Part shown: piece after piece, positions 25,961 through 39,120 of the stretch
Layout of the letters: every line of letters starts with the position of its first letter
Numbering within the stretch: position 1 is the first letter of the stretch
Origin: Octopus sinensis
Taxonomy: Eukaryota
Assembly (NCBI RefSeq): GCF_006345805.1
Contig: NC_043005.1
Location: forward strand, 65,720,001-65,784,000
Direction of reading: 5' to 3'
Length of the DNA stretch: 64,000 bases
Notes under the pieces: generated by a model
What the model was told of the DNA's origin: nothing
The model's input: only the letters and a program-made list of their open reading frames with translations
Databases searched by the model: none
Program-made: the position numbers and the translations under genes

Positions 25961-26143
25961 ACATGCGTATAATAGGGATTACCACTAAGTGGACATCCAG
26001 TATGCTAGAAGATCACCTACAATCTAACTACAAAAAAAAGAATGTTCTCTAGAGAACATTCTTTTCTTTGTAGTTAGATCATAGATGATCTTCTTCTAGC
26101 ATACTGGATGTCCACTTAGTGGTCATCCCTATTATACACATGT
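25961..26143. repeat. Loop-less palindrome (about 90-bp arms) centred at 26050/26051
   Basis: The centre is aagaatgttctct|agagaacattctt, and the arms extend to tataatagggat / atccctattata. Confidence 0.93.
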
Positions 26144-26702
26144 GTGTGTGTATATATATATATACATATATATAAGTATTCAAATCAAATAAATGAACAA
26201 TAAAATTAACAATAACAAACAAGAGGGCATGCACAAGAAATATGTTAGTTTGACACTCAGTAAAAAGATAGATTTATTGATGTTTTAAGCATAGCTCTTC
26301 ATTGGAGAGGTAAAAGAGGGGAAATTCCAAACAAGTTGGGAGAAAAAATCACCAACAGCACGTGTGTAGTTACATTGCTGAAGTGACTGGAAATGGAAAG
26401 AGATAGAGAAAGTGGTTTTGGGGGGTGGGGAATGGGAAGTGCAAAAATGGCCTCTGTATGTGTGTGTGTGTGTGGTAATATCTGTGTGCATGAGTGTGTG
26501 TTATGTGAGTGATGTATGTATGAGGGTGTGAGTCAACAAGCAGTTTAGTAGTTGGTGTTTGATTCAGTGGAGAGAAGCAAAAAGTATGTGAGTGGGTGGA
26601 TGGGTGGGCCTGTGTGTATGTGTATATGTGTTTGCATGTGTGCGTATGATGGAGTGGGAATGTATGTATGAGTTTGTGTATATGTGTATGACTGCATGTG
26701 TG

Positions 26703-26735
<33 letters not shown>

Positions 26736-26992
26736 ATAAGGCGGCAAGCTGGCAGAAACATTAGCACGCCGGGTGAAATGCATAGCCGTATTTTGTCTGT
26801 CGTTAGATTCTGAGTTCAAATTCTACCGAGGTCGACTTTGCTTTTCATCCTTTTCATCCTTTCAGGGTCGATAAATAAAGTACCATTTCGCACTGGGGTC
26901 GATGTAATCAACTTAATCCCTTTGTCTGTCCTTCTTTGTCCCCTCTATGCTTTGCCACTTGTGGGCAGTAAAGAAATATGTGTGTGTGTTTG

Positions 26993-27079
<87 letters not shown>

Positions 27080-27359
27080 GTTTGTGTGTGTGTGTATTCC
27101 AGTTCAACTTAAAATTCAAGCCATTTCTAAAATCAATGAAAGAATGAAATGCTTTGAGATGACACCATCATCAAAGCAATGTAATGAACTCTGGTTTCCT
27201 CTCCCACACTTATATAATGTAGAGGGCCTTGCTCACTAAGTAGAAAAGATGTAAGTAGAAATTTCATATGGTGTACCCAGTGCAAACTAGGGACACACAA
27301 AACGTGTAGTGGAAGAATCACAAGAGGATTAACAAAGAAAGAAGATTTTGTTTGTGACC

Positions 27360-28260
27360 GGTGTGCAGAAACAATAAAACTAAGAATTCATGGGAAACAG
27401 ATTTTTTTTGTATGTTCAGAAAGGTTCTTAGAAATAGTAGATTATTTCTATTACCTAAGATACCTAATTAGTAATGAAGAGGAATGTTCTGAAAATATAG
27501 TTGCTGGAATATGAACCAGCTTGAAAAAGTACAGAGAGCTGATTACAGATTGTGGTGGAAGCACTCCGTCGGTTACGACGATGAGGGTTCCGGTTGATCC
27601 GATCAACAGAACAGCCTGCTCGTGAAATTAACGTGTAAGTGGCTGAGCACTCCACAGACATGTGTACCCACAGAGAGTGACAAGGCCGGCCCTTTGAAAT
27701 ACAAGTACAACAGAAACAGGAAGTAAGAGTGAGAGAAAGTTGTGGTGAAAGAGTACAGCAGGGAACACCACCATCCCTGCCGGAGCCTCGTGGAGCTTTA
27801 GGTGTTTTCGCTCAATAAACACTCACAACGCCCGGTGTGGGAATCGAAACCGCGATCCTACGACCGCGAGTCCGCTACCCTAACCACTGGGCCATTGCAC
27901 CTCCACGTTACAGATTGTATGATGTTTGTGTATGAACAGCAATGCTATATGATAGTGAAATATGGGTTAAATGTGTTGGAAGAAAAATCGGGCATAAGAG
28001 GCATTAGATGCAGTGTGCAAGAGAGAAGACTGTGCTGGTGTGGTCGTGTGATGCATATGGATGAGGACAGCTGCATAAAGAAGTGCCAGTTACTAAATAT
28101 AGATGGAACCTGTGGAAGAAGAAGACCCAGGAAGATGTAGAATGACATAGGGAAGACTGACCTCAGGTAGCTGAATCTCATGGAGGAGATGACGAAATAC
28201 CAAGAAGATTGGTAACTCCCTATGCTCAAGAAGACTCATCCATCTCAACAAAAGAAATGA
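27360..28260 (+). mobile_element. RTE LINE C-terminal fragment interrupted by a SINE
   Basis: RCSVQERRLCWCGRVMHMDEDSCIKKC..GTCGRRRPRKM. The SINE at 27554-27907 has an 11-bp TSD. Confidence 0.75.
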
Positions 28261-28478
28261 GGCCCTAACAGCATATTGTTAACACATATGTGTATGACTT
28301 AAACATCACTAAAAGGGCTTTGGCAGGTGTCAATGCTAAGTTACACATGGTATGGGCCCATACTGGCTTAGAGAAAAGTTTACCAAAGTTTAAGCTTATA
28401 CTGTACTCTGTGTGTGAGTGTGTGTGCACATGTATATATGTATGTATAGATAGATACATCTACATAAACACATAAATA

Positions 28479-28877
28479 TCTTTATATATAAAAGTGAGGT
28501 TGTGTGCTGTCTGTCTCCTACGATTTAGATTCCTAACTACTCCCACATTTTGCAGTGCAGTTTAACCAAAACCGGATATCTTATAGTCGTGATTCATATC
28601 AAGCCCTTCTGAGTATTAGCATGCGTCTACGATGAGTCTACGATGTAAAAAAAAATCTACCATCAATTTTTCCCATTTTTAATGCATTTTTGGCATATAT
28701 AAGGGAAGTAACTCTCTAAAAATTTATTATTAAATCTCAGAACGTAAAAAGCTACAGTAACACCCCCCCCCCTTTGTGGTTAACCATATTGAGATGGCTA
28801 TTATACTTTACATCTCTAAAAATGCTTATATAGTTATTTCCCTTACAAACATGAGCAACGCCGGGCGATACTGCTAG
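28479..28877 (+). mobile_element. Non-autonomous Helitron (subfamily A, copy 1)
   Basis: A|TC 5' end, GC hairpin plus CTAG|T 3' end, no TSD, inserted in an AT dinucleotide. Confidence 0.85.
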
Positions 28878-29388
28878 TAAATATATAAATGAAATCACAT
28901 AAATTAAATAAGCAAAATTATGAGGCAAGGAGATCAAAAAATATATTACATGAAGTGACATAAGCAAAAATTGTAGAAATATCAAAACAACAGCAATAGA
29001 AAAACATGTATAATGAAAATGAATATGACCAAAGAATGAACCACGAGAGAATCTAATGCTATGGGTGGTACTCTTTATCAAAGTGAAGGAAAAAGAATGA
29101 GAGGTAAAAGGAGAATAAATCAAAACAATGCTGAATTGATATATGTTGCCTTTTTGATCAGATCTTGTGTGTGTGTGTGTGAGCGCGTGCATGCATGCAT
29201 GCATGTGTACACATACACACCTCCATGTATAACTGTACGCACACCTATATATATATATACATATTCATGCATTACCAAAATGTATGGGCACAATAAACAG
29301 TTCCACACTCCACTCCTATACTCCATGCAGTTTATCAATAAGCCTCATATCTCTGGATTAGCTTGTGTGTGGAGTTTGAGCCACATTA

Positions 29389-29901
29389 TCTATATATATA
29401 AAACAGTAGTTGTGTGAGTGTCTGTCCCCTTCGATTTAGATTCCTAACTACTCCCACATTATGCGGTGCAGTTTAACCAAATTCGGGTATCTTATAGTCG
29501 TGATTCATATCGAGCCCGTCTGAGTATTAGCGCGCGTCTACGATGAGTCTACGATTTTAAAACTAATTTAACATAATTTTTTATTCCATTTTAATGCATA
29601 ATTTTTCGTGTGTCGATGGCGGCGGAGTTGGCGTCCATGGTCACACCTGCACCTGTTTGCTTCTCCCCCTTCTTCCCTCCCTCGTGAAGCTGTGGGGAAG
29701 GGAGTGTAAGGAAATCAACGTCGTAAAGCGTTGTCAAGGAGACCAGCGTTCTTTTAGAACAACAACTTCATGGCTTGAAGACACCAAAACAGAAATGGCT
29801 AAGAAAGCCCGAATTGGCATCTATAAGGGAAGTAACTCTCTAAAAATGCTTATATAGTTATTTCCCTTAAAAACCTGAGCAACGCCGGGCGATACTGCTA
29901 G
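29389..29901 (+). mobile_element. Non-autonomous Helitron (subfamily A, copy 2) with an extra internal GC-rich segment
   Basis: Same termini as 28479-28877 and a homologous 5' body. Confidence 0.85.
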
Positions 29902-30777
29902 TATATTAATAAAAAATGCAGAAAACTTTAATTGGTATTTTTAAGCTTTATATAATATATGTGCGTTTCTATGGCCATATCTACACCAATATATATGTGG
30001 AACAAATTAGCATAAAAGTTTGATGGAAGACTATAAATTTAGCCGCTCTGGCAACGATCACGCTCGGATGGTGCTCTTAACACCCTACTAGCACGGGGCC
30101 CGAGTGCCAGTAAGGTGACGCTGGTAACGATCACACTCGAATGGTGCCTTTCATGTGCCACTGGCACGGAAGCCAGATGGCCACTCTGTCAACGATCACA
30201 CTCGTATGGTGCTCTTTGCACCCCACTAGCATTGGTGCCAGTCATCGAATTTGATTTTGATTTTGAATACACACACACAAAAGGCTTCTTTCGGTTTATA
30301 AATATATATATATATATATATATGATAGGCTGGTCGCATGTAAAAAGCACCCACTACACTCACGGAGTGGTTGGGGTTAGGAAGGGCATCCAGCTGTAGA
30401 AACACTGCCAGATCAGACTGGAGCCTGGTGCGGCCTCCTGGCTTCCCAGACCCCGGTCGAACCGTCCAACCCGTGCTAGCACGGAAAACAGACGTTAAAC
30501 GATGATGATGATGATGTGTGTCTTTGTGTTTATGCTTGTTGACAAACTGGTGCTAATGTGTTTATGTCCCCATAACTTAACGATTCAGCAAAGGAGACTG
30601 ACAGAATAAGTACCAAGCTTAAAAAAAAAAGAGTACTGAGGTCGATTCATTTGACTAAAAATTCCTCAAGCTGGTGCTCCAGTGTGGCCACAATCTAATG
30701 ACTGAAGCAAGTAAAAGATAAAAGACTTAAAAAAAAAAGAAAGGTGCAATAAAAGAAAGAAAGAAAATGTCACAAAC

Positions 30778-30930
30778 CAAAGGGGAAGATGAGATGCAAA
30801 GTGAAGTTTTATCTCGTGTAATTGTGGGATTACAAGGTTGAATCATTGCTGTTATAGAACTGGTTCTGTGATGGTTTGCGACGCGAGCTGAGATGTTGTG
30901 GCCTGCAGCTGCTTCGGCATCAAAAGTTTG
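30778..30930 (-). CDS. MAPK15: MAPK15 C-terminal tail exon (phase 0/0)
   Basis: Acceptor tacatttcAG, donor GTTTGT, 153 nt open: QTFDAEAAAGHNISARVANHHRTSS...SSSPL. SARVANH resembles the AAQVANQ segment recalled from vertebrate MAPK15. The donor is non-optimal. Confidence 0.7.
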
Positions 30931-31020
30931 CTGAAATGTACAAAGTGAAAAGTTTAGTCACAAAATGTGTCACCATGTTTTGTAACAAGCTTCAAAAAAA
31001 AACAACTAAATATTCCATTT

Positions 31021-31352
31021 CGCGACCGTTGCCAGCGCCGCCCCGACTGGCCTCGTGCCGGTGGCACGTAAAAAGCACCATCCGTTCCTGTCCGTTGCCA
31101 GCCTCGCCTGGCCCTCGTGCCGGTGGCACATAAAAAGCACCATCCGTTCGTTGCCGTTTGCCAGCTCTGTCTGGCACCTGTGCGGGTGGCACGTAAAAAG
31201 CACCCACTACACTCATGGAGTGGTTGGCGTTAGGAAGGACATCCAGCCGTAGAAACACTGCCAGATTTGACTGGGCCTGATGAAGCCTTCTGGCTTCACA
31301 GACCCCAGTAGAACCGTCCAACCCATGCTAGCATGGAAAACGGACGCTAAAC
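31021..31352 (-). mobile_element. SINE-like element with (CAT/GAT)n end and internal ~50-bp tandem units. Near-identical copy at 59771-60102; relatives at about 30040-30510, 37220-37520, 42020-42460, 52760-53100, 56080-56330, 61170-61490 and 63880-64000
   Basis: Shared block CACTACACTC..GAGTGGTTGGCGTTAGGAAGGGCATCCAGC...CCATGCTAGCATGGAAAACGGACG..AAACGATGATG. Strand is uncertain. Confidence 0.8.
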
Positions 31353-31502
31353 GATGATGATGATATATATATATCCCCTCACCACTATCCACACTATATA
31401 TATATATATATATAGGAGAGTATTGTAGTTCACTTGAAGTGCTGTGTATTGTTTGTAAAGAATAAAAAGTTCTGAATGGTACAACAATGCACTATAATAC
31501 AG

Positions 31503-31690
31503 ACAATGGGCTCTATACCTGTTGTAATTTAGTCATCCATAGTCTGATATGATATTTCGGAATAATAATCCTTCTTCAGATACTCTTAGATGGAGTCGCT
31601 TGTCTAAGAATATCTGAAGAAGGAATATTATTCCAAAATATCATATCAGACTATGGATGACTAAATTACAACAGGTATATAGCCCATTGT
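31503..31690. repeat. 88-bp-arm inverted repeat with 12-nt loop, carrying a hammerhead-like core on each arm
   Basis: 31503-31590 is the reverse complement of 31603-31690, with about 4 mismatches. The minus strand of the left arm reads CUGAAGA-A-GGA..UCC-GAAAUAUC. Confidence 0.9.
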
Positions 31691-31939
31691 TGTTGTTGTT
31701 GTTGTTGTTAAGCAACAAGATGGGTAAGGGTGATTAGGTGATGGTCTAGGGCTTAGGGGTGGGAGACCCCAGACCTTGGAAAAAGAAAAAAACTTTGGTC
31801 ATCTTGTTGTGGTCGAGGGCTCTTCGTTGACGCCTGACACCACTGGGTGATGGCCCTCAAAGTCGCTGGAAATGGAGATCTCCAAGTCCAAATTCTTGAA
31901 CAGCTAGCCCGTTGTCTGTAATATAGTGCCTATATATAT

Positions 31940-31974
<35 letters not shown>

Positions 31975-33244
31975 AAGAACTCTCCTATTGGAGATGACGT
32001 ATGAGCATTCAGCTTTAGCCAAACGACCAGCACAAATGATTTGTTTATACTGATCAAGTGCTTGTGCCACACATTAGCTCACTCCCTCCATCAAATCGAC
32101 ATTGTCTGAACAGCTGCACTGTGTATCACACGTCAGGTGTCGAAATGATCACGAAGCAAAGTGAGATGAAGTGTTTTGCTCAAAAGTGCAATGCAGATCC
32201 CTGTCTAGGAACTGAAATCATGATCTTGCAATCATAAGTCCAACACCCTAACCACTAAGCCATGGGCCCTCACACACACACACATATATATGTTATATGT
32301 GGAGGCGCAATGGCCTAATGGTTAGGGCAGCGGACTCGCGGTCGTAGGATCACGGTTTCGATTCCCAGACCGGGCGTTGTGAGTGTTTATTGGGCGAAAA
32401 TACCTAAAGCTCCACGAGGCTCCAGCAGGGGGTGGTGGCGATCCCTGCTGTACTCTTTCACCACAACTTTCTCTCACTCTTTCTTCTGTTGACTTGCTCG
32501 CTTAGCCAGTGAGGTGGTGTTCTTTGAAGGCTAAAACAATGCGAAGCGCACTTTGACCAGTGATGTGTAGCAACATCTGATAGCCTGGTCGGTCACGGTG
32601 ATCACAGTGATATGATATATAGTTATTTTTATTTTTGTTTCCGTGTGTGTTTCTGTGTGTCTTCCAACATATAGACAAGGCAACACAAACTTCAAAAAAA
32701 TAACGATATGTAAGTATACATATATATATGATATATAATTCATAATCTTATTGTCTTATCTAGTTTTCTGTTTCTGATTTTCATTAAGAAAGTCAATCTA
32801 AACATTATTGGCGCAATTTATGAAGGTACATGCATGATTTAAAATTATTTTCATCTAGCAACATGGAAACAGGTTTGAACTAAGATATATAAAAGTCAGT
32901 TGTCATCATTTACTTTTTTACTCTTTTACTTGCTTCAGTCATTTGACTGCGGCCATGCTGGAGCACTGCCTTTAGTCGAGCAAATCGACCCCAGGACTTA
33001 TTCTTTGAGGATTCTCAAATAATTACTCTTTTACTCTTTTACTTGTTTCAGTTGACTGTGGCCATGCTGGAGCACCGACTTTAGTCGAGCAAATCGACCC
33101 CAGGACTTATTTTTTGTAAGCCTAGTACTTATTCTATAAGTCTCTTTTGCCGAACCACTAAGTTACGAGGATGTAAACACACCACCAACGATTGTCAAGC
33201 GATGATGAGTGGGTGGGGGGACAAACATGGACACACAAACATAT

Positions 33245-33277
<33 letters not shown>

Positions 33278-35429
33278 CGACAGGCTTCTTTCAGTTTCCG
33301 TCTACCAAATCCACTCACAATGCTTTGATCGGCCCGAGGCTACAGTAGAAGACACTTACCCAAGGTGCCACGCAGTGGGACTGAGCCCGGAACCATGTGG
33401 TTGGGAAGCAAGCTACTTTTTTTTCAGAAAAATAAAAAACACTCAACAACCCGGCCTAGAGAAGGGTTGCATCAACAACAGTCAGTTCGATAAAGGACCC
33501 TGATGAAATGTTAGAATGAACTTCTTACTGGTACACCACAAACTGAAACTTTTCGTCTGTCACAATCCAACACGATATAATTCGGACATTCTTTTATAGG
33601 TTCTTTAAGTTTAATCAATGCTTGATTGAGAGAGAGATTTCAATAACAGATATGTAAAAAAAAAAAGCATTTACAATGTTGACAACTATAAGTGATTTAA
33701 CATTAAAATTACAAGTGATTTGTATATCAATGTACGTTCGTGTGGGAGTGCGTGTGTGTTGATATAGTCTAAGGGAGGTAATTCAGTGAATTTAATTTGG
33801 GGCAACTCTACGATACTTATGAAGAACGTAATTTAAATTGCAATAACAGTTATTGTGGAAAGCAGAAATGCAAAACTCTGACTAAAACTAGAGGGAAATC
33901 TAAAACTTATAAAACATTCAGAAAGTCCGCAATCTATATATATAAACATTATTATTTCTAAATCTTTCAACGAGACATACAGTAATAGTGTCTTAAAGTA
34001 AAGATTGAGACCCCCTTCGGTCATGACACTGACCATGGGATTGCACCTAGACAGTTACCCTCTATAATAATAATAATAATGTGTTGAGAGGGATTCTTTG
34101 GGGTTTGAATAATTCACCTCTGGAAACATGGGTGGTTCTTTCAACATCCTTAAACCACCCTTATTCAGGGACCGTTTGAGCGGGATGGGCTACTCAACCT
34201 GAAGAAAATTCTAACTGGGCCCCACCTGCAAGGTCATGTGCTGTTTATCTTGATATGAGATCACCATGTCGCGCACATATGGTTGTGATGCATGTGCCTG
34301 GTGTACCCTTATCAGACGGGTAGTCATGATGGGTATATTGGGCTTCGTATATTTTACCCCAGTGTTACTTTGATGGCATGAACTGCTCTCTCACTCAATA
34401 ATAATAATAATAATAATAATAATGAAATTATTGTATACAGTGCAAGGTTGTTTATGGAGGGCCAGCAGTCGCCCATGCATACCAGCCTCCCCTCTCCATG
34501 CCACCAGTGTTATTCAAGAGAAAGGCAAAGGCCGATACAGCTTGGCACCAGTGACGTCGCAACTCATTTCTACAGCTGAGTGAACTGGAGCCACGTGAAA
34601 TAAAGTGTCTTGCTCAAGAACAACACGTAGCCCAGCCCGGTCCGGGATTCAAGCTTACAACCTCATGATCGTAAGCTCGACGCTCTAACCACTGAGCCAT
34701 GTGCCTTCATAAAAGTAAAGATTATTTGCCAATAATAATGGCAGTTCCGGTTGGCATGAATGCTACCATTGTTTAGCCCCAGGAAACATCATCTTCAGCT
34801 GGCTATACAACACACTATGCACTTATATTTTCGAACATGGGAGTTTAGTGTCCCCACCCCAGTACAGAGCAATATCTGTGGACCACGGTTTGAGGGTTAT
34901 TGCTCTTCTTCGGCACAGAATAATCAGTTGACTGAGGGTGGCGCTGCCAAAATCTCCGTTCGAAAATATATAGTTTTCAAAGTGATACATAATCACTGAT
35001 CTGACTAAATAGAAACATTATTATTTCTAAATCTCCCAACGAGAGACATACAGTAACAGTACCTTAAAGTAAAGATTATTTGCCAATACATTATGGCAGA
35101 CCCGGTTGGGATGAATGCCACTGTTGTTTAGCCCCAGGTAAACATCGTCTTCAGCTGGCTATACGACACACTATTTGTGTCCTTATATTTTCAAACAGTA
35201 TGTATGTATGTATGTTCACTTCCCAAACATTTGTACATTACTGCATATGCTTTATACGCACTTTTGACAAGTTGTGGTGCACCTGAGCACTGTATACAAT
35301 AATTTCATTATTATTATTATTATTATATTCTTCCTCTTAAAACATTAGGGTGAGAGATTTGGTTGCTATTTCTAGTGAGTACAGTGCTGGAAACAGAAAG
35401 TAGAAGTTCCCTTATTCATTTATACTTAC

Positions 35430-35557
35430 TTTGTTTGGTTCAACAGCATGACTGGAATTCTCGAGTAGTTTAAACCTAGAAACAGGTTTAAGTTGGTTTT
35501 GTAAATGTTGGGGAGTTGTATTTTGTGTGTCATCTGACGTTTGAGCATGTGTCTTTG
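35430..35557 (-). CDS. MAPK15: MAPK15 C-terminal tail exon (phase 1/0)
   Basis: Strong acceptor (atttttttatttcacttttatAG) and donor GTAAGT. The 128-nt open frame (A)KTHAQTSDD...AVEPNK exactly bridges the phase-1 end at 40189 and the phase-0 start at 30930. Confidence 0.75.
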
Positions 35558-36742
35558 CTATAAAAGTGAAATAAAAAAATTTAAAAAAGAGTAAATGTTT
35601 GATATGTTAAATGTAATAAAAGACTGCTCAGGGTAAAAAACATTCATCTTACAGACACTGTTTTACATCTGTTTTCTGTCATCATCATCATCACCATCGT
35701 TGTCGTCGTCGTCGTTTAACATCCGCTTTCCATGCTAGCATGGGTTGGACGATTTGACTGAGGACTGGCGAACCAGATGGCTGCACTAGGCTTTCTACAG
35801 CTGGATGCCCTTCCTAACACCAACCACTCCGAGAATGTAGTGGGTGCTTTTACGTACCACTGACACGAGGGCCAGTCAGGCAGTACTGGCAACGGCCACG
35901 CTCAAATGGTGTTTTTTATGAGCTCAACTGCACAGCCATAAAAGTGAATTTTCTGATAACTTTAAAACATATTAGAACACTGCACTTAAGGCCATGTACC
36001 TTGTGTTATGTATAATGATATGCAGGCATGCACATATTTAAGCGCTGCATGTGTGTATTTCTATACAAATACATTTCAGCTAACAATAATGTGTGCAAAC
36101 AAATACCTTTATAATTTAAATGTGACAATTTTTGTTTCTCTTCAATAAAAATCAAATAAACTAGTTCTGATCAAATGAAAAAATTGTTTTGCAATTTCTC
36201 TATGCAATCTTTTACATCATTAAGAAATGTTTAAAAGGTGTAGATATTATTTGCATATCAATGATTTGTAGGCACGTGGAATTTCGTTAGACAACCAAAA
36301 TACACTATAAAGAATATTAAATGTTTTTATGAGTCAACACCATGTCCTGCTGTGTTAGCAGTGCTCTTTACATTACTTTGTTCAGGTTATTTCTACAGAA
36401 ATTATAGCTAGCACTGATTTTTTTGCTTTGTTTCATATCAAGATGTCAGAAGTAAGCAAACAATGAGATCAAAGACAAAAAGGGGTAATGAATGTATATG
36501 CCATATTCCAGGGGTTTTTGCCCTTTTGTCAGCACTCATCTAACCAACCCTTGCCTCTGGACACATTGTTTATATAGCCACAGTATACAGCAGTGTTAAG
36601 TTATTGGATATACCAATTTACATATTAAAAGCATTCCTGGGGCTGGTATGTAAATATTAATGACCTGTAGGCATGTGGAATATCATTGCTCAACCATAAT
36701 ATACTATAAAGTATATTAAATGTTAATGAAATATATACACAC

Positions 36743-36773
<31 letters not shown>

Positions 36774-38175
36774 AGTGAATTCTATTATAGTTTTTCTATC
36801 ATCATCACCATCATTATCATCATCATCATGGATAGGACGGTGCATGCATAAGTAGGACAGTGGACAGGACCCAGCCAGGTAGAAAAACTACTCTGTTTTG
36901 TCCAGGTTTTTACAGCTCGAGGCTATAGTAGAAGACACTTACTCAAGGTGCCACGCAGTAGGACTGCACCCAGAACCAAGTGGTTGGGAAGCAAGCTTCT
37001 TACCATGCAGCTACTCCCGAATAAATGATGAAGATATTGGTATTGCAAGTATTATCCAGTTCCAATCATTTCAATAATGGGACAGTTAGATCATTCAGCA
37101 TATTGTAACAGATATAAGCAATGATTAAGCAAGTCCAAACAATACTAAAAGGAAACTCCAACCAGTCATTTCAACATGACTTTCAAACAGTGTAATAAAA
37201 CTGCACACCGACAAATATCATCATCATCATCGTCTAACATCTGTTTTCCATGTTAGTATGGGTTGGACGGTTCGACCGGGATCTGGGAAGCCAGAAGGCT
37301 GCACGAGGCTCCGGTCTGATCTGGCAGTGTTTCTACAGCTGGATGCCCTTCCTAACACCAACCACTCTATGAGTGTAGTGGGTGCTTTTTACGTGCTACC
37401 GGCACAGGTGCCAGACAAGGCTGGCAACAGCCACGATCGGATTGGTACTTTTTATGTGCCACCGGCATGGAAGCCAGTCAAGGCGGCGCTGGCATCGGCC
37501 ATGTTTGGATGGTGCTTTTTAACATGGTTATAAATACAATTAGTGGGAGAAGCTTAGAAAGCCACAAAAAGAAATAATTTGATTGGCAAACCAAGAGAGA
37601 ATCACAAAAGGAAAGAATTAAATAGAAAGGTGTGTAGCAGCACAAGCAGTCAGCGCCATATTGGATAACATCTCACGGCAGCCATTGCCATCTTCAAGAC
37701 TGGAGCGAGACCTCACCTGCATCCATTTGCCATGCGTGAGATCACAACAAGGCTCACGATGGCAAACTGGATATAAGGGCCCAACAAAAACAGATTCCTT
37801 CTATTTTCACCACAAGCGCTTGCTGAGCACACTTCACCGGCTGGGTCTCCAAGCTAGTCCTGTCTACATGTTGTATATCCAGAGGCAATGGGCCCGCATT
37901 AATGGAGATACAACGAAACACACACAGCTTGAGATGGTTGCTGAGAGCAGCACACTTCACCTTTTCTGTGAAACTTGTAAATAAATCGGTTGTGAATTGC
38001 ATTTGTACTTGAAAACTTCTTTCAAGTTGTATAAAAATAGTTATTGTCTGCATCATTTGAAAGAGAAATAAATTCTGCATAAGGTGTAAAAGATAGAAAT
38101 AATTTGCATGGTGTTAGTAACAAAATATTTTATAAGAAATAGAACTTTTATCATCAGTCTTAAATTTATTTTCGC

Positions 38176-38215
<40 letters not shown>

Positions 38216-38664
38216 CTATGTGTGTATGTCTGTATTTGTCCCACCACCACTGCTTAACATGGTGTGTTTACATCCTCGTAACTTAGTGGTTCTGCAAAAG
38301 AAACCGATAGAATAAGTACCAGGCTTAAAAAATAAGCCTTAGAGTCAATTTGTTTGACTAAAACCCTTCAAGGCAATGCTGCAGCATGGCCACAGTCAAT
38401 GACTGAAACAAGTAAAGGAATAAAAGAATACAACATGCACAAGCCCATGAGTAAGTTTACAAATATGTAACACGTCTATAATAAAACAAAACACATCTAT
38501 CCATAATATATGTAGAAAGGCTCCCATACATATGTGAATACCCAAACATACATTTATATGTCACAATACTTTGCAAACATGCTAATAATAATAATCTATC
38601 TGGAATGCACAAGTAATATGTAAATAAATTAGGTGCACAAATGCACACATATAAACCCAATAAT

Positions 38665-39120
38665 GGATCTTTACCTTTTGACCGACAGATTTTTAAAATA
38701 ATTTTTTGTAACTAAACACTTTCAAACTTTGGACACTAGTAGAATGTGTCATATAAGATATTTTTACTCTAAAACCTTAACCCTAACCTTAAAACCCCAA
38801 TCCTAAAGCCTTAAAATCAGTACAAACACATGAACAATGTCATAAATAACAGTGACACACAAAAAATACATCGCCGATAGTTGTTGTTGACAAACAACGG
38901 CAGTAATTTTATTCAGTTGAATATACATCATTGATTGGTTGAAATTGCCGAAATATGAGAACTTTAACATGAAATAACTTTGTAAATATAAGTTTTTTCT
39001 CAAAAATGCTAAGAGTAAATGATGTTTTATGTGACACATTCTACCAATGTCCAAAGTCTGAAAGTGTTTAGTTACAAAAAATTATTTTTTGAATCTGTCG
39101 GTCAAAAGGTAAAGATCCCC
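38665..39120. mobile_element. MITE with ~100-bp terminal inverted repeats
   Basis: GGATCTTTACCTTTTGACCGACAGAT... / ...ATCTGTCGGTCAAAAGGTAAAGATCC. Same family as 49108-49408; superfamily unresolved. Confidence 0.8.

Noticed and set aside
31275-31300. CTGATGAAGCC-TTCT-GGCT (also at about 60027)
   Set aside because: There is no GAAA or helix III. It is a variant of the SINE sequence CTGGTGCAGCC seen in other copies.
30040-31352. Regularly spaced ~50-bp repeats resembling a CRISPR array
   Set aside because: The context is eukaryotic, the units are tandem without unique spacers, they are embedded in a dispersed SINE-like family, and there are no cas genes.
37640-37990. GC-richer open stretch as a possible extra MAPK15 exon
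   Set aside because: It is not needed for phase continuity, has no convincing splice pair or homology, and is probably a retroelement remnant that I cannot classify.
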